UHGV virus genome: UHGV-1789045
Source: a virus
Reading direction: 5' to 3' (one strand)
Length of the DNA stretch: 12,500 nucleotides
Below are positions 6,007 through 12,500 of the stretch, in pieces. Position 1 is the stretch's first letter, and each line of letters opens with the position of its first letter. Below the pieces are notes generated by a model. That model searched no databases, was not told the DNA's origin, and saw only the letters and a program-made list of their open reading frames with translations. The position numbers and the translations under genes are program-made.

Positions 6007-6201
6007 ATGATTCGAATGACACTTGCCGATTACGCCAAAATCCATGGACAGGCTAAAGCAGCCAGTGACTTTGGTGTAATCCAGTGCGCTATCAGCAAGG
6101 CCATTCTGGCAGGCCGTAACATTATGGTTACGGTAAAGCCTGATGGCAGTGTGATTGGAGAGGAAGTTCGTCCTTTCCCAAGCAACAAGAAAAACAAATA
6201 G
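6007..6201 (+). CDS. cro: Cro repressor (lambda-Cro-like)
   Basis: The track ORF starts at GTG 6001. ATG 6007 has GGAGA 6 nt upstream and gives [64 protein letters not shown], collinear with lambda Cro ([66 protein letters not shown]). Confidence 0.85.
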   Translation: MIRMTLADYAKIHGQAKAASDFGVIQCAISKAILAGRNIMVTVKPDGSVIGEEVRPFPSNKKNK

Positions 6202-6207
6202 TAACAC

Positions 6208-6252
6208 CGCTCTTTAACAGTCATGGTCCTCATTCCCGCCGAAATGCGGGAA
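6208..6252 (+). promoter_or_regulatory. nutR (boxA + boxB) N-utilisation site
   Basis: boxA CGCTCTTTAACA (6208-6219), matching the lambda/rrn boxA consensus. boxB hairpin TTCCCGCCGAAATGCGGGAA (6233-6252). Lies between cro and cII as in lambda. Confidence 0.8.
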
Positions 6253-6309
6253 TACAACGCGCATAAGTTGATGCGCATAACTTCTTATTTGTTAAGGAAA
6301 TACTTACAT

Positions 6310-6588
6310 ATGCAACTTACAAGTACTCGCAAGAAAGCGAATGCAATTACAAGCAACATCCTGAATCGAATTGCTGTACGTGGTCAGCGAAAGGTTGCCG
6401 ACGCGTTAGGGATTAATGAATCGCAAATTTCGCGATGGAAAGACAGCTTCATCCCCAAAATGGGAATGCTTCTTGCTGTTCTTGAATGGGGTGTTGAAGA
6501 CGAGGAGTTGGCGGAACTGGCTAAGAAAGTAGCCAGAATGCTGACAAAAGAAAAAGCCCCGAAGAACGGCGAATTCTTCGAGGCCTGA
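6310..6588 (+). CDS. cII: CII transcriptional activator
   Basis: The track ORF begins at 6223. ATG 6310 (RBS AAGGAA) gives [79 protein letters not shown]..., which aligns with lambda CII (…[26 protein letters not shown]…). Confidence 0.85.
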   Translation: MQLTSTRKKANAITSNILNRIAVRGQRKVADALGINESQISRWKDSFIPKMGMLLAVLEWGVEDEELAELAKKVARMLTKEKAPKNGEFFEA

Positions 6589-6622
6589 TGTAGAAAGACT
6601 GGATCAATCCACAGGAGTCATT

Positions 6623-6769
6623 ATGACAAAACAACTCAGTCCTTACCAGGACAAAATTCACAAACACATACTACGTGATCGCTTCCTGTCCAGCTTCAAG
6701 CAGCCTGGTCGATTCCGGGCTGAGTTGGAAAAAGTGAAGCTGATGCAGAAGGAGAAAGGTCATGAGTAA
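6623..6769 (+). CDS. small hypothetical protein, 48 aa, between cII and O
   Basis: ATG 6623 with RBS AGGAGT 5 nt upstream. Translation [48 protein letters not shown]. Its 3' end overlaps the O start (6762) by 8 nt. Below the ORF-track size cutoff. Confidence 0.4.
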   Translation: MTKQLSPYQDKIHKHILRDRFLSSFKQPGRFRAELEKVKLMQKEKGHE

Positions 6770-7622
6770 TCTTGCAACCGTAACACATTTAAGGCCTTCA
6801 CAACGGCCTGTGGAGCGTCGTGTGGCAGAAGTTGAAGATGGTTATACCCGTCTTGCAAATGCCCTGTATGAAGAGCTTATCGGCGCAGATTTAACGAAAA
6901 ATCAGAGCAAGGTTGCCCACGCCATATGCCGTAAAACATACGGCTACGGTAAAAAGATGGATCGCATCTCTGATAGTCAGTTAGCTCAAATTACCAGGCT
7001 GCCAAGACAGAAGGTAAACAAGGCCAAGAATGAGCTTATCGCGATGAAGGTTATCCTTCGCGAAGGCCAGCAAATCGGTCCTAACAAGAACATCGAAGAA
7101 TGGCAAATCGAAGGGTGTCACTACTCTGGTGATAATGTCACTACATTGGTGACAAAAAGTGTCACCAACACGGTGACAGCGCTGTCACCAAAACAGGGAC
7201 ACACAAAAGAAACTATTACAAAAGAAAAAAGAAATAATAAAAACACTATGTCCGAAAGTGTTCGGACGGAGTGTGAAAAATCACCTGACCGTCACGAAGA
7301 AATCGACAAGGCATTCGAGGAAATATTCTGGTGTGCAGGCATGCGGAAAGCCGGGAAGAAAAACGCAGCTTCGGCATTCAGAACACAGTTCAGGGAATGG
7401 CGTAAAACTACCAGGGGTACGGCAAGCGAGTTTGCCACGATGCTGGCAGAAGACATCGCATGCAGGAATGGTAAGCAGTTCGGATTCGACAGGTTGTTAC
7501 CATCGAGCTACCTGAACGGTCAACGCTGGAACGACGAGAAGCCAGAAACTATTCAACCACAATCCAAACCATCATCCGCAATCACCGTATCGAAAACTGG
7601 CTACGTGTTTTTCGACAGGTGA
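6762..7622 (+). CDS. O: replication initiator protein O (lambda-O-like N-domain, divergent C-domain)
   Basis: 286 aa. The N-terminal segment [75 protein letters not shown]...GPNKNIEEW parallels lambda O. The iteron origin is embedded in the linker-coding region. The C-terminal domain is not lambda-like. Confidence 0.9.
   Translation: MSNLATVTHLRPSQRPVERRVAEVEDGYTRLANALYEELIGADLTKNQSKVAHAICRKTYGYGKKMDRISDSQLAQITRLPRQKVNKAKNELIAMKVILREGQQIGPNKNIEEWQIEGCHYSGDNVTTLVTKSVTNTVTALSPKQGHTKETITKEKRNNKNTMSESVRTECEKSPDRHEEIDKAFEEIFWCAGMRKAGKKNAASAFRTQFREWRKTTRGTASEFATMLAEDIACRNGKQFGFDRLLPSSYLNGQRWNDEKPETIQPQSKPSSAITVSKTGYVFFDR
7113..7250. repeat. origin of replication: four GTCAC-type iterons followed by an A-rich tract, inside the O gene
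   Basis: Iterons with internal dyads: ggTGTCACtactctgGTGAta, aTGTCACtacattgGTGACA, aGTGTCACcaacacgGTGACAg, gcTGTCACcaaaacagGGACAc (about 7113-7202). They are followed by aaaagaaactattacaaaagaaaaaagaaataataaaaac (about 7205-7245). This is the layout of lambda ori. Confidence 0.65.
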
Positions 7623-7625
7623 ACC

Positions 7626-7733
7626 ATGAAATCAAAAATCAAATCGCTACTGGTCGCTGGTTATAACCACGGCTGGTTAAGTATTTCGTTTGTCGATTTC
7701 TGGTTTAAAAATCTCAATCTGAGGGAATCATGA
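7626..7733 (+). CDS. small hypothetical protein, 35 aa, between O and the helicase gene
   Basis: ATG 7626, 3 nt after the O stop. Translation MKSKIKSLLVAGYNHGWLSISFVDFWFKNLNLRES. Its stop overlaps the helicase ATG. May be a real coupling ORF or just the helicase leader. Confidence 0.3.
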   Translation: MKSKIKSLLVAGYNHGWLSISFVDFWFKNLNLRES

Positions 7734-9610
7734 CGCCAAGTGAACTCAGCGACCTGCTTTGGTCGCAGGTTGACAGGGTGGCTCCGCACCTGTTGCCAAA
7801 CGGCAAGAAAGAGGGGCATGAGTGGGTTGCCGGTAACGTTAACGGTGACAAGGGAAACAGCCTTAAGGTCAACCTTAGCGGCAAGAAAAAATGGGCTGAT
7901 TTCGCTGAGGGAGACGGCGGTGACATGCTTGATTTGTGGATGTCATGTCGTGGAATTAATCTGCATCAGGCTATGCAGGAAGCGAAAGCATTTCTCGGTA
8001 TCAAGGATGACGATCACCATTTCGATGCCAAACGTGAGAAGAAATTCTCCAGACCTGATCGCAAGAAAATCGCCCGCTACGTTACCAGAACAGAATCCCA
8101 TCTTGAGTACCTGCAATCGCGTGGCATATCGCCAGAAATCGTAAAGCGCTACGAGGTTGTCAGCGGCAAGGTGTGGAATGGAGAGCGGGAACTGGATGCT
8201 CTGGTGATTCCGTACAAACGCGATGGTGAGTTGTTGCAGGTCAAGCGAATCAGCACTGAGCGCCCGGACGGGAAGAAAGTCATTATGGCAGAAGGTGATT
8301 GCGAACCTTGTCTGTTCGGATGGCAGGCTCTGGACGCTGGCGTGAGGGCGGTTGTACTTTGCGAAGGCGAAATTGATTGTATGAGCTATGCGCAATACGG
8401 CATCTCGGCGTTATCCGTGCCGTTTGGTGGAGGGAAAGGCGCTAAGCAACAGTGGATTGAGTTTGAGTATCACAACCTCGACAGGTTTGAGGAAATATTC
8501 ATCTCGATGGACGTTGATGATGTTGGTCGTGAAGCCGCAAGGGAAATCGCAAGCCGACTCGGTGAACATCGTTGCCGTCTTGTTACTCTGCCGTACAAAG
8601 ACATCAACGAATGCCTGATGAACGGTGTTACCGAGGATGAAATCTGGCAGTACATCGGCACGGCATCCTACTTCGATCCTGAAGAACTCTACAGTGCGCG
8701 AGAGTTTTACCAGGACACTATCAACGCTTTCTACGGCAAGCAGCAGTATCTGTTTAATCCACCGTGGGAATCTCTGGCAGATAAATTCCAGTTCCGTGAG
8801 GCAGAGTTGACGCTGGTCAATGGTGTGAACGGTCACGGAAAAACGGAGGTTGTCGGGCATATGGCACTTGAGGCAATGCGTCAGGGTGTGAAGACGTGCA
8901 TCGCGTCACTTGAGCTGAAGCCAGGCATTCTCCTTAAGCGACTTACCCGTCAGGCAACGTGCTGCAAGATGCCGCCAGTGCTGGAAATTGACTCTGCATT
9001 TAAATTTTATGACGAAAGACTTTGGGTGTTTGGCCTGACCGGAACGGCGAAAGCCGACAGGCTGATCGAAATATTCGACTACGCTCGCCGCCGATACGGG
9101 ATCCAGTTATTCATCATCGACAGCCTGATGAAATGTGGCATAGGCGACGATGACTATAACGGGCAGAAGGCGTTTGTTGACTCGATTTGCGACTTCAAAA
9201 ACAAAACAAACTCCCACGTCATTCTCGTTACTCACTCGCGAAAAGGAGACAGCGAAGAAAAACCAACCGGGAAAATGGACGTAAAAGGCTCTGGAGCGAT
9301 AACAGACCTGACAGACAACCTTTTCATCATCTGGCGTAACAAGGCTCGCGAGAGAGCGTTACAGAGAGTTCAGAGTGGTGAAAAGATGTCAGAGAAGGAC
9401 GAACAGCTACTGGCATCTCCGGCATCTGTTTTGATGCTTGAAAAACAACGTAACGGCGAAGGTTGGGAAGGTGGTGTCCCGTTGTTCCTTGACGAGCAAT
9501 CGCACCAGTTCCTGCAACTTGAATCAGGATCGCCATATAGCTACATCGCCAATATGCCGAAATCGGAATATGACGAGGCGTGGCGACAGGAAAACGTGAC
9601 GGAGTATTAA
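7730..9610 (+). CDS. bifunctional Toprim primase / RecA-fold (DnaB- or gp4-like) replicative helicase
   Basis: 626 aa. Toprim motifs VVLCEGEIDCMS and ISMDVDDVGREAA. Walker A LVNGVNGHGKTE, Walker B QLFIIDSLMK, and ILVTHSRKG. Takes the place of lambda P downstream of O. Confidence 0.85.
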   Translation: MTPSELSDLLWSQVDRVAPHLLPNGKKEGHEWVAGNVNGDKGNSLKVNLSGKKKWADFAEGDGGDMLDLWMSCRGINLHQAMQEAKAFLGIKDDDHHFDAKREKKFSRPDRKKIARYVTRTESHLEYLQSRGISPEIVKRYEVVSGKVWNGERELDALVIPYKRDGELLQVKRISTERPDGKKVIMAEGDCEPCLFGWQALDAGVRAVVLCEGEIDCMSYAQYGISALSVPFGGGKGAKQQWIEFEYHNLDRFEEIFISMDVDDVGREAAREIASRLGEHRCRLVTLPYKDINECLMNGVTEDEIWQYIGTASYFDPEELYSAREFYQDTINAFYGKQQYLFNPPWESLADKFQFREAELTLVNGVNGHGKTEVVGHMALEAMRQGVKTCIASLELKPGILLKRLTRQATCCKMPPVLEIDSAFKFYDERLWVFGLTGTAKADRLIEIFDYARRRYGIQLFIIDSLMKCGIGDDDYNGQKAFVDSICDFKNKTNSHVILVTHSRKGDSEEKPTGKMDVKGSGAITDLTDNLFIIWRNKARERALQRVQSGEKMSEKDEQLLASPASVLMLEKQRNGEGWEGGVPLFLDEQSHQFLQLESGSPYSYIANMPKSEYDEAWRQENVTEY

Positions 9611-9640
9611 ATGACCATCTACATCACTGAGCCAATAACA

Positions 9641-9670
9641 GGCCTGCTGGTAATCGCAGGCCTTTTTATT
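9641..9670 (+). terminator. intrinsic terminator after the replication genes (tR2-like)
   Basis: GGCCTGC-tggtaatc-GCAGGCC hairpin (9641-9647 / 9656-9662) followed directly by TTTTTATTT. Confidence 0.55.
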
Positions 9671-9699
9671 TGGGGGAGAGTAATTGGAGGCTTTAAGAA

Positions 9700-9915
9700 A
9701 TGAGTACGATAGCTGAGCTTGTCAGGGCTAATTTTCGTGAAGAGTTGGTGCGTTGGTATCGGTATCGTTCATCGTCCAGTTTGCCGATTGATGAGTTGTA
9801 TGAGCATTCACCTGCTGCACGACGCTATCCGCGTGACCGTGTTCTTCGACGGTTGTCCAAACTCAACAATGAGTTTCAGCGCAACAGAATTATTCGGAGT
9901 CTGGATTTAAAGTAA
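9700..9915 (+). CDS. hypothetical basic protein, 71 aa
   Basis: ORF with GGAGG 7 nt upstream of ATG 9700. Arg-rich (RRYPRDRVLRRL...RNRIIR). No family recognised. Confidence 0.5.
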   Translation: MSTIAELVRANFREELVRWYRYRSSSSLPIDELYEHSPAARRYPRDRVLRRLSKLNNEFQRNRIIRSLDLK

Positions 9916-9925
9916 AGGAGTGAGC

Positions 9926-10132
9926 ATGACAAATCAGCAGCAAATAGAGTTCATCCTTGAGCAGATTAGAAAAATGCGAGAAAAGAACCAGCCAGACATG
10001 ATGGAAATATGGAGACGCCAGCAGGAAGAATACCGCAAGCATATTTTTGGTGAGAGAAAACAGGATGACTGGAGCCTATATGGCTATGGCACCAGGACAA
10101 ATAAAAACGGATATAGCCTTTACACATATTGA
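9926..10132 (+). CDS. hypothetical protein, 68 aa
   Basis: The track starts at GTG 9920. ATG 9926 has AAGGAG 5 nt upstream. Product MTNQQQIEFILEQIRKMREKNQPDMMEIWRRQQEEYRKHIFGERKQDDWSLYGYGTRTNKNGYSLYTY. Confidence 0.5.
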   Translation: MTNQQQIEFILEQIRKMREKNQPDMMEIWRRQQEEYRKHIFGERKQDDWSLYGYGTRTNKNGYSLYTY

Positions 10133-10140
10133 GGAATTCC

Positions 10141-10551
10141 ATGAAACAGACAATTTTCCTCAGGAGTAAGCAACAACAGCAAGCCGCAATCACCGCCATC
10201 CTCGCAACACCACTCGATAAAGACAAGCCAGTTACCATCCGCATTACTGACTACAAGCGCAACCTTGACCAGAACGCAAAATTTCACGCGATGCTGGCGG
10301 ATATCGCAAGTCAGGTTCAATGGTGCGGCAAATGGTTAAAACCAGAACAATGGAAGGTTTTGTTGATAAGCGGTCATGCAGTGGCAACAAAGCAGGAAGC
10401 TGATGTTTTGCCCGGCCTTGAAGGCGAATACGTCAACATTCGCGAAAGCAGCGCGCAGATGAGCGTGAAGCGTATGGCAAGTCTGATCGAGTACACAACA
10501 GCATGGGCTATTGGTCAGGGTGTCAGATTTACCGACAGGAGGTACGAATGA
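10141..10551 (+). CDS. ninB: NinB (Orf-family recombination mediator)
   Basis: The track begins at TTG 10129. ATG 10141 (RBS GAGG) gives [21 protein letters not shown]...[36 protein letters not shown]..., collinear with lambda NinB (…RNRSLDQNRKLWACLGDVSRQVEWHGRWLDAESWKCVF…). Confidence 0.85.
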   Translation: MKQTIFLRSKQQQQAAITAILATPLDKDKPVTIRITDYKRNLDQNAKFHAMLADIASQVQWCGKWLKPEQWKVLLISGHAVATKQEADVLPGLEGEYVNIRESSAQMSVKRMASLIEYTTAWAIGQGVRFTDRRYE

Positions 10552-10730
10552 GACGACAGCGACGAAGTATCACCGACATAATCTGCGAAAACTGCAAATA
10601 CCTTCCAACGAAACGCTCCAGAAATAAACGCAAGCCAATCCCAAAAGAATCTGACGTAAAAACCTTCAACTACACGGCTCACCTGTGGGATATCCGGTGG
10701 CTTAGAGAACGTGCGAGGAAAACAAGGTGA
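10548..10730 (+). CDS. ninE: NinE-like small basic protein, 60 aa
   Basis: ATG 10548 overlaps the ninB stop (ATGA). Product [60 protein letters not shown]. Size and position between ninB and ninF match lambda ninE. Identity is from memory. Confidence 0.5.
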   Translation: MRRQRRSITDIICENCKYLPTKRSRNKRKPIPKESDVKTFNYTAHLWDIRWLRERARKTR

Positions 10731-10897
10731 TTGACCAAAATCGAAGTTACGAACAAGAAAGCGTCGAGCGAGCTTTAACGTGCGCTAACTGCGGCCAGAA
10801 GCTGCATGTGCTGGAAGTTCACGTGTGTGAGCACTGCTGTGCAGAACTGATGAGCGATCCGAATAGCTCAATGTACGAGGAAGAAGACGATGAATGA
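10727..10897 (+). CDS. ninF: NinF-like small Cys-rich protein, 56 aa
   Basis: GTG 10727 overlaps the preceding stop. Product (M)[55 protein letters not shown], which I recall as near-identical to lambda NinF. Below the ORF-track cutoff. Confidence 0.6.
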   Translation: MIDQNRSYEQESVERALTCANCGQKLHVLEVHVCEHCCAELMSDPNSSMYEEEDDE

Positions 10898-11357
10898 GTT
10901 AATAAATGGCAATGCCATCAAAATGACAAGCATTGAAATCGCTGAGTTGGTTGGTAAGCGTCATGACAATGTGAAACGTACCATAATAAAAAACGGGATA
11001 AAGCACGATATTAAATATGAATATTATGAAAATAATCTAGGATTCAAAGTTAAGCGAGAGGTTTTTGTTGTTGATGCTGATGTTGCTAACGTGTTTAAGC
11101 ATCAGAGAATAGCATTAAATAGATGTGCTGAAACAATAGCATTAACCACCATCGAACAATTACAAGGAGTTAAATTAATAAGGCAATATCAGGTTTTAGA
11201 TAAATACCGCATAGATGGCTATGATACTGTAAACAATATCGCCTATGAAATAGACGAGGAACAACATTTTGCGCCTCAGCATATGGACGCGGATCGCATT
11301 CGCGAGGAAGAGATAAAATCGGCGTTATGTTGTAAGTTTGTGCGCATTCGCGTTTAA
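10890..11357 (+). CDS. Rha-type phage regulatory N-domain fused to a Vsr/DUF559-like (PD-(D/E)xK-type) nuclease-like C-domain
   Basis: 155 aa. N-terminus ...IKMTSIEIAELVGKRHDNVKRTI fits the Rha/antirepressor N-domain signature. C-terminus IDGYDTVNNIAYEIDEEQHFAPQHMDADRIREEEIKSALCCKFVRIRV fits the D...EIDxxQH...D..R...L...F.RI pattern of Vsr/DUF559 endonuclease-like domains. The gene is markedly AT-rich compared with its flanks. Confidence 0.65.
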   Translation: MNELINGNAIKMTSIEIAELVGKRHDNVKRTIIKNGIKHDIKYEYYENNLGFKVKREVFVVDADVANVFKHQRIALNRCAETIALTTIEQLQGVKLIRQYQVLDKYRIDGYDTVNNIAYEIDEEQHFAPQHMDADRIREEEIKSALCCKFVRIRV

Positions 11358-11388
11358 GCGAATACAATTTGCAAACCGGAGAATAGCA

Positions 11389-12114
11389 ATGAGTAATTTA
11401 ATTTGTTTTGATTCCGTTAAGATGTCCAGTATCGAAATTGCCGAACTGGTAGAAAGCCGCCATAGCAATGTAAAAGTATCCATAGATAGATTGGTGAAAC
11501 GTGGCGTTATCAAGCCTCCTGCATTGCAGCACACTAACATAATCAATGATTTATGTGTTATTACCGGGAGGCGTGATTTCTACGTCTTCGAAGGCGAACA
11601 AGGTAAGCGAGATAGTATTGTTGTTGTTGCCCAGTTGTCGCCAGAGTTCACCGCTCGTCTTGTTGACCGTTGGCGAGAGCTTGAAGAAGCTGCGGTTAAT
11701 ATCCCAAAAACGCTACCAGAAGCGTTGCGCCTTGCTGCTGACCTTGCTGAGCAGAAAATGCAACTGGAAAACCAGCTCGCAATTGCCGCACCTAAAGTTG
11801 AGTTTGCCGATCGCGTTGGCGAGGCCAGCGGAATTTTGATTGGAAACTTTGCAAAGGTTGTTGGAATTGGTCCAAACAAACTGTTTGCGTGGATGCGCGA
11901 TCACAAAATCCTTATTGCTTCAGGTTCCCGGCGCAATGTGCCAATGCAGGAATATATGGAGCGCGGCTATTTCACAGTGAAAGAAACAGCGGTCAACACA
12001 AATCACGGAATACAGATATCGTTCACCACAAAAATCACCGGGCGTGGTCAACAGTGGCTGACCAGAAAGCTGCTCGATAACGGAATGTTGAAAGTAACCG
12101 GGGAGGCTGCTTAA
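11389..12114 (+). CDS. antirepressor-like protein: Rha-type N-domain + KilA-C/ANT C-domain
   Basis: The track ORF starts at 11338. ATG 11389 (RBS GGAG) gives MSNLICFDSVKMSSIEIAELVESRHSNVKVSI..., matching the N-domain of the preceding gene register for register. C-terminal region IAAPKVEFADRV...GNFAKVVGIGPNKLFAWMRDHKIL...MQEYMERGYFTVKET fits the KilA-C/ANT antirepressor domain. Confidence 0.7.
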   Translation: MSNLICFDSVKMSSIEIAELVESRHSNVKVSIDRLVKRGVIKPPALQHTNIINDLCVITGRRDFYVFEGEQGKRDSIVVVAQLSPEFTARLVDRWRELEEAAVNIPKTLPEALRLAADLAEQKMQLENQLAIAAPKVEFADRVGEASGILIGNFAKVVGIGPNKLFAWMRDHKILIASGSRRNVPMQEYMERGYFTVKETAVNTNHGIQISFTTKITGRGQQWLTRKLLDNGMLKVTGEAA

Positions 12115-12404
12115 TGGCTAATCTACGCAAAGAAGCACGCGGCAGAGAATGCCAGGTACGTATTTACGGCATATGCAATGGCAACCCTGAAACTACAGTT
12201 CTGGCACATTACCGGATGGCTGGAATTTGCGGAACGGGAATGAAGCCTGACGACCTGATCGGTGCATGGGCTTGTAGTGACTGCCACGCGGAGATCGACC
12301 GACGCACCCATAATCTCGACAACAAAGACGCCAGACTTTATCACCTCGAAGGCGTGATCAGGACGCAGGCGATACTGCTGAAGGAGGGGAAGATTAAGTC
12401 ATGA
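12114..12404 (+). CDS. DUF1364-like zinc-binding phage protein, 96 aa
   Basis: ATG overlaps the upstream stop (TAATG). Paired Cys/His clusters: CQVRIYGICNG...H...CSDCH. This family commonly precedes rusA in lambda-like prophages (memory). Confidence 0.6.
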   Translation: MANLRKEARGRECQVRIYGICNGNPETTVLAHYRMAGICGTGMKPDDLIGAWACSDCHAEIDRRTHNLDNKDARLYHLEGVIRTQAILLKEGKIKS

Positions 12405-12500
12405 ACGAATATCAGTTTGTGCTTCCATACCCGCCGTCGGTGAATACCTACTGGCGAAGACGGGGAAGCCAATACTACATCAGCGATAAAGGCCAGAAAT
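12401..12500 (+). CDS. rusA: RusA Holliday-junction resolvase (N-terminal fragment, runs off the right edge)
   Basis: ATG 12401 overlaps the upstream stop (ATGA). Translation MNEYQFVLPYPPSVNTYWRRRGSQYYISDKGQK... parallels the E. coli RusA N-terminus ([23 protein letters not shown]...). Confidence 0.8.
   Translation, partial: MNEYQFVLPYPPSVNTYWRRRGSQYYISDKGQK

Noticed and set aside
5926-6278. Minus-strand ORFs 5926..6207 and 6030..6278 overlapping cro and nutR
   Set aside because: Antisense to Cro, which has clear homology and an RBS; they cross the operator region.
6223-6309. Upstream extension of cII to ATG 6223
   Set aside because: The extension would translate through nutR boxB and has no homology. 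ATG 6310 with an AAGGAA RBS gives a product collinear with lambda CII.
7258-7515. Plus-strand 85-aa ORF in an alternative frame inside O
   Set aside because: Alternative frame of a confidently assigned gene.
7714-9536. Several ORFs (7714..7926 -, 7740..8144 +, 7943..8395 -, 8388..8618 +, 8411..8860 -, 8470..8661 -, 8625..8810 +, 9327..9536 -) inside the primase-helicase gene
   Set aside because: All lie within a 626-aa ORF with clear Toprim and Walker motifs. They are alternative or antisense frames without start signals.
9719-10320. ORFs 9719..9910 (+), 9966..10244 (-), 10120..10320 (-) overlapping the small genes and ninB
   Set aside because: Alternative or antisense frames; the chosen frames have an RBS and fit the operon direction.
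11338-11388. Upstream extension of the second Rha-domain gene to 11338
   Set aside because: It overlaps the end of the preceding gene. ATG 11389 has a GGAG RBS and puts the conserved N-domain in the same register as the paralogue.
11170-11546. Minus-strand ORFs 11170..11367 and 11325..11546 in the AT-rich Rha region
   Set aside because: Antisense to the two Rha-domain genes, whose N-domains are mutually corroborating; AT-rich DNA yields long spurious frames.
11546-12080. ORFs 11546..11839 (+), 11580..11879 (-), 11713..11904 (-), 11889..12080 (+) inside the antirepressor-like gene
   Set aside because: Alternative or antisense frames of a 241-aa gene with a recognisable KilA-C-type domain.
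12123-12344. Minus-strand 73-aa ORF antisense to the DUF1364-like gene
   Set aside because: Antisense, no RBS; the plus-strand gene is coupled to both neighbours.
1-12500. Checked for tRNA/rRNA genes, CRISPR arrays, an attachment site or integrase, and IS elements with terminal inverted repeats
   Set aside because: No cloverleaf-compatible or rRNA-like segments, no regularly spaced direct repeats with spacers, no transposase- or integrase-like ORF. The window is entirely the phage early region.

Overview
This window is the early-gene core of a lambda-like temperate phage or prophage from an enterobacterial host. All calls below come from reading the sequence and the ORF track, with protein families recognised from memory; no database search was run. 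At the centre is the immunity region: a cI-type repressor (5184-5900, minus) and Cro (6007-6201, plus) diverge from an operator region carrying 15-bp sites of the form AATAC-N5-GTATT, with a matching operator/pL set at 4624-4710. The leftward operon on the minus strand runs N antiterminator with nutL, an 83-aa unknown, a terminator, a cIII-like peptide, small Kil-like ORFs, a Rad52-family recombinase, SSB, an HNH endonuclease, three unknown proteins, and a Lar-like gene that runs off the left edge. The rightward operon on the plus strand runs Cro, nutR, cII, a small ORF, replication protein O with an embedded iteron origin, a Toprim primase-helicase fusion, a terminator, two small unknowns, NinB, NinE-like, NinF, an AT-rich insert with two Rha-domain proteins, a zinc-binding protein and the start of RusA. 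I saw no tRNA, rRNA, CRISPR array or IS element. The best candidates for an undescribed function are the 122-aa membrane protein co-transcribed with cI at the position lambda uses for rexAB, the AT-rich Rha-nuclease / Rha-KilAC gene pair, and the cluster of unknown genes between SSB and the Lar-like gene.
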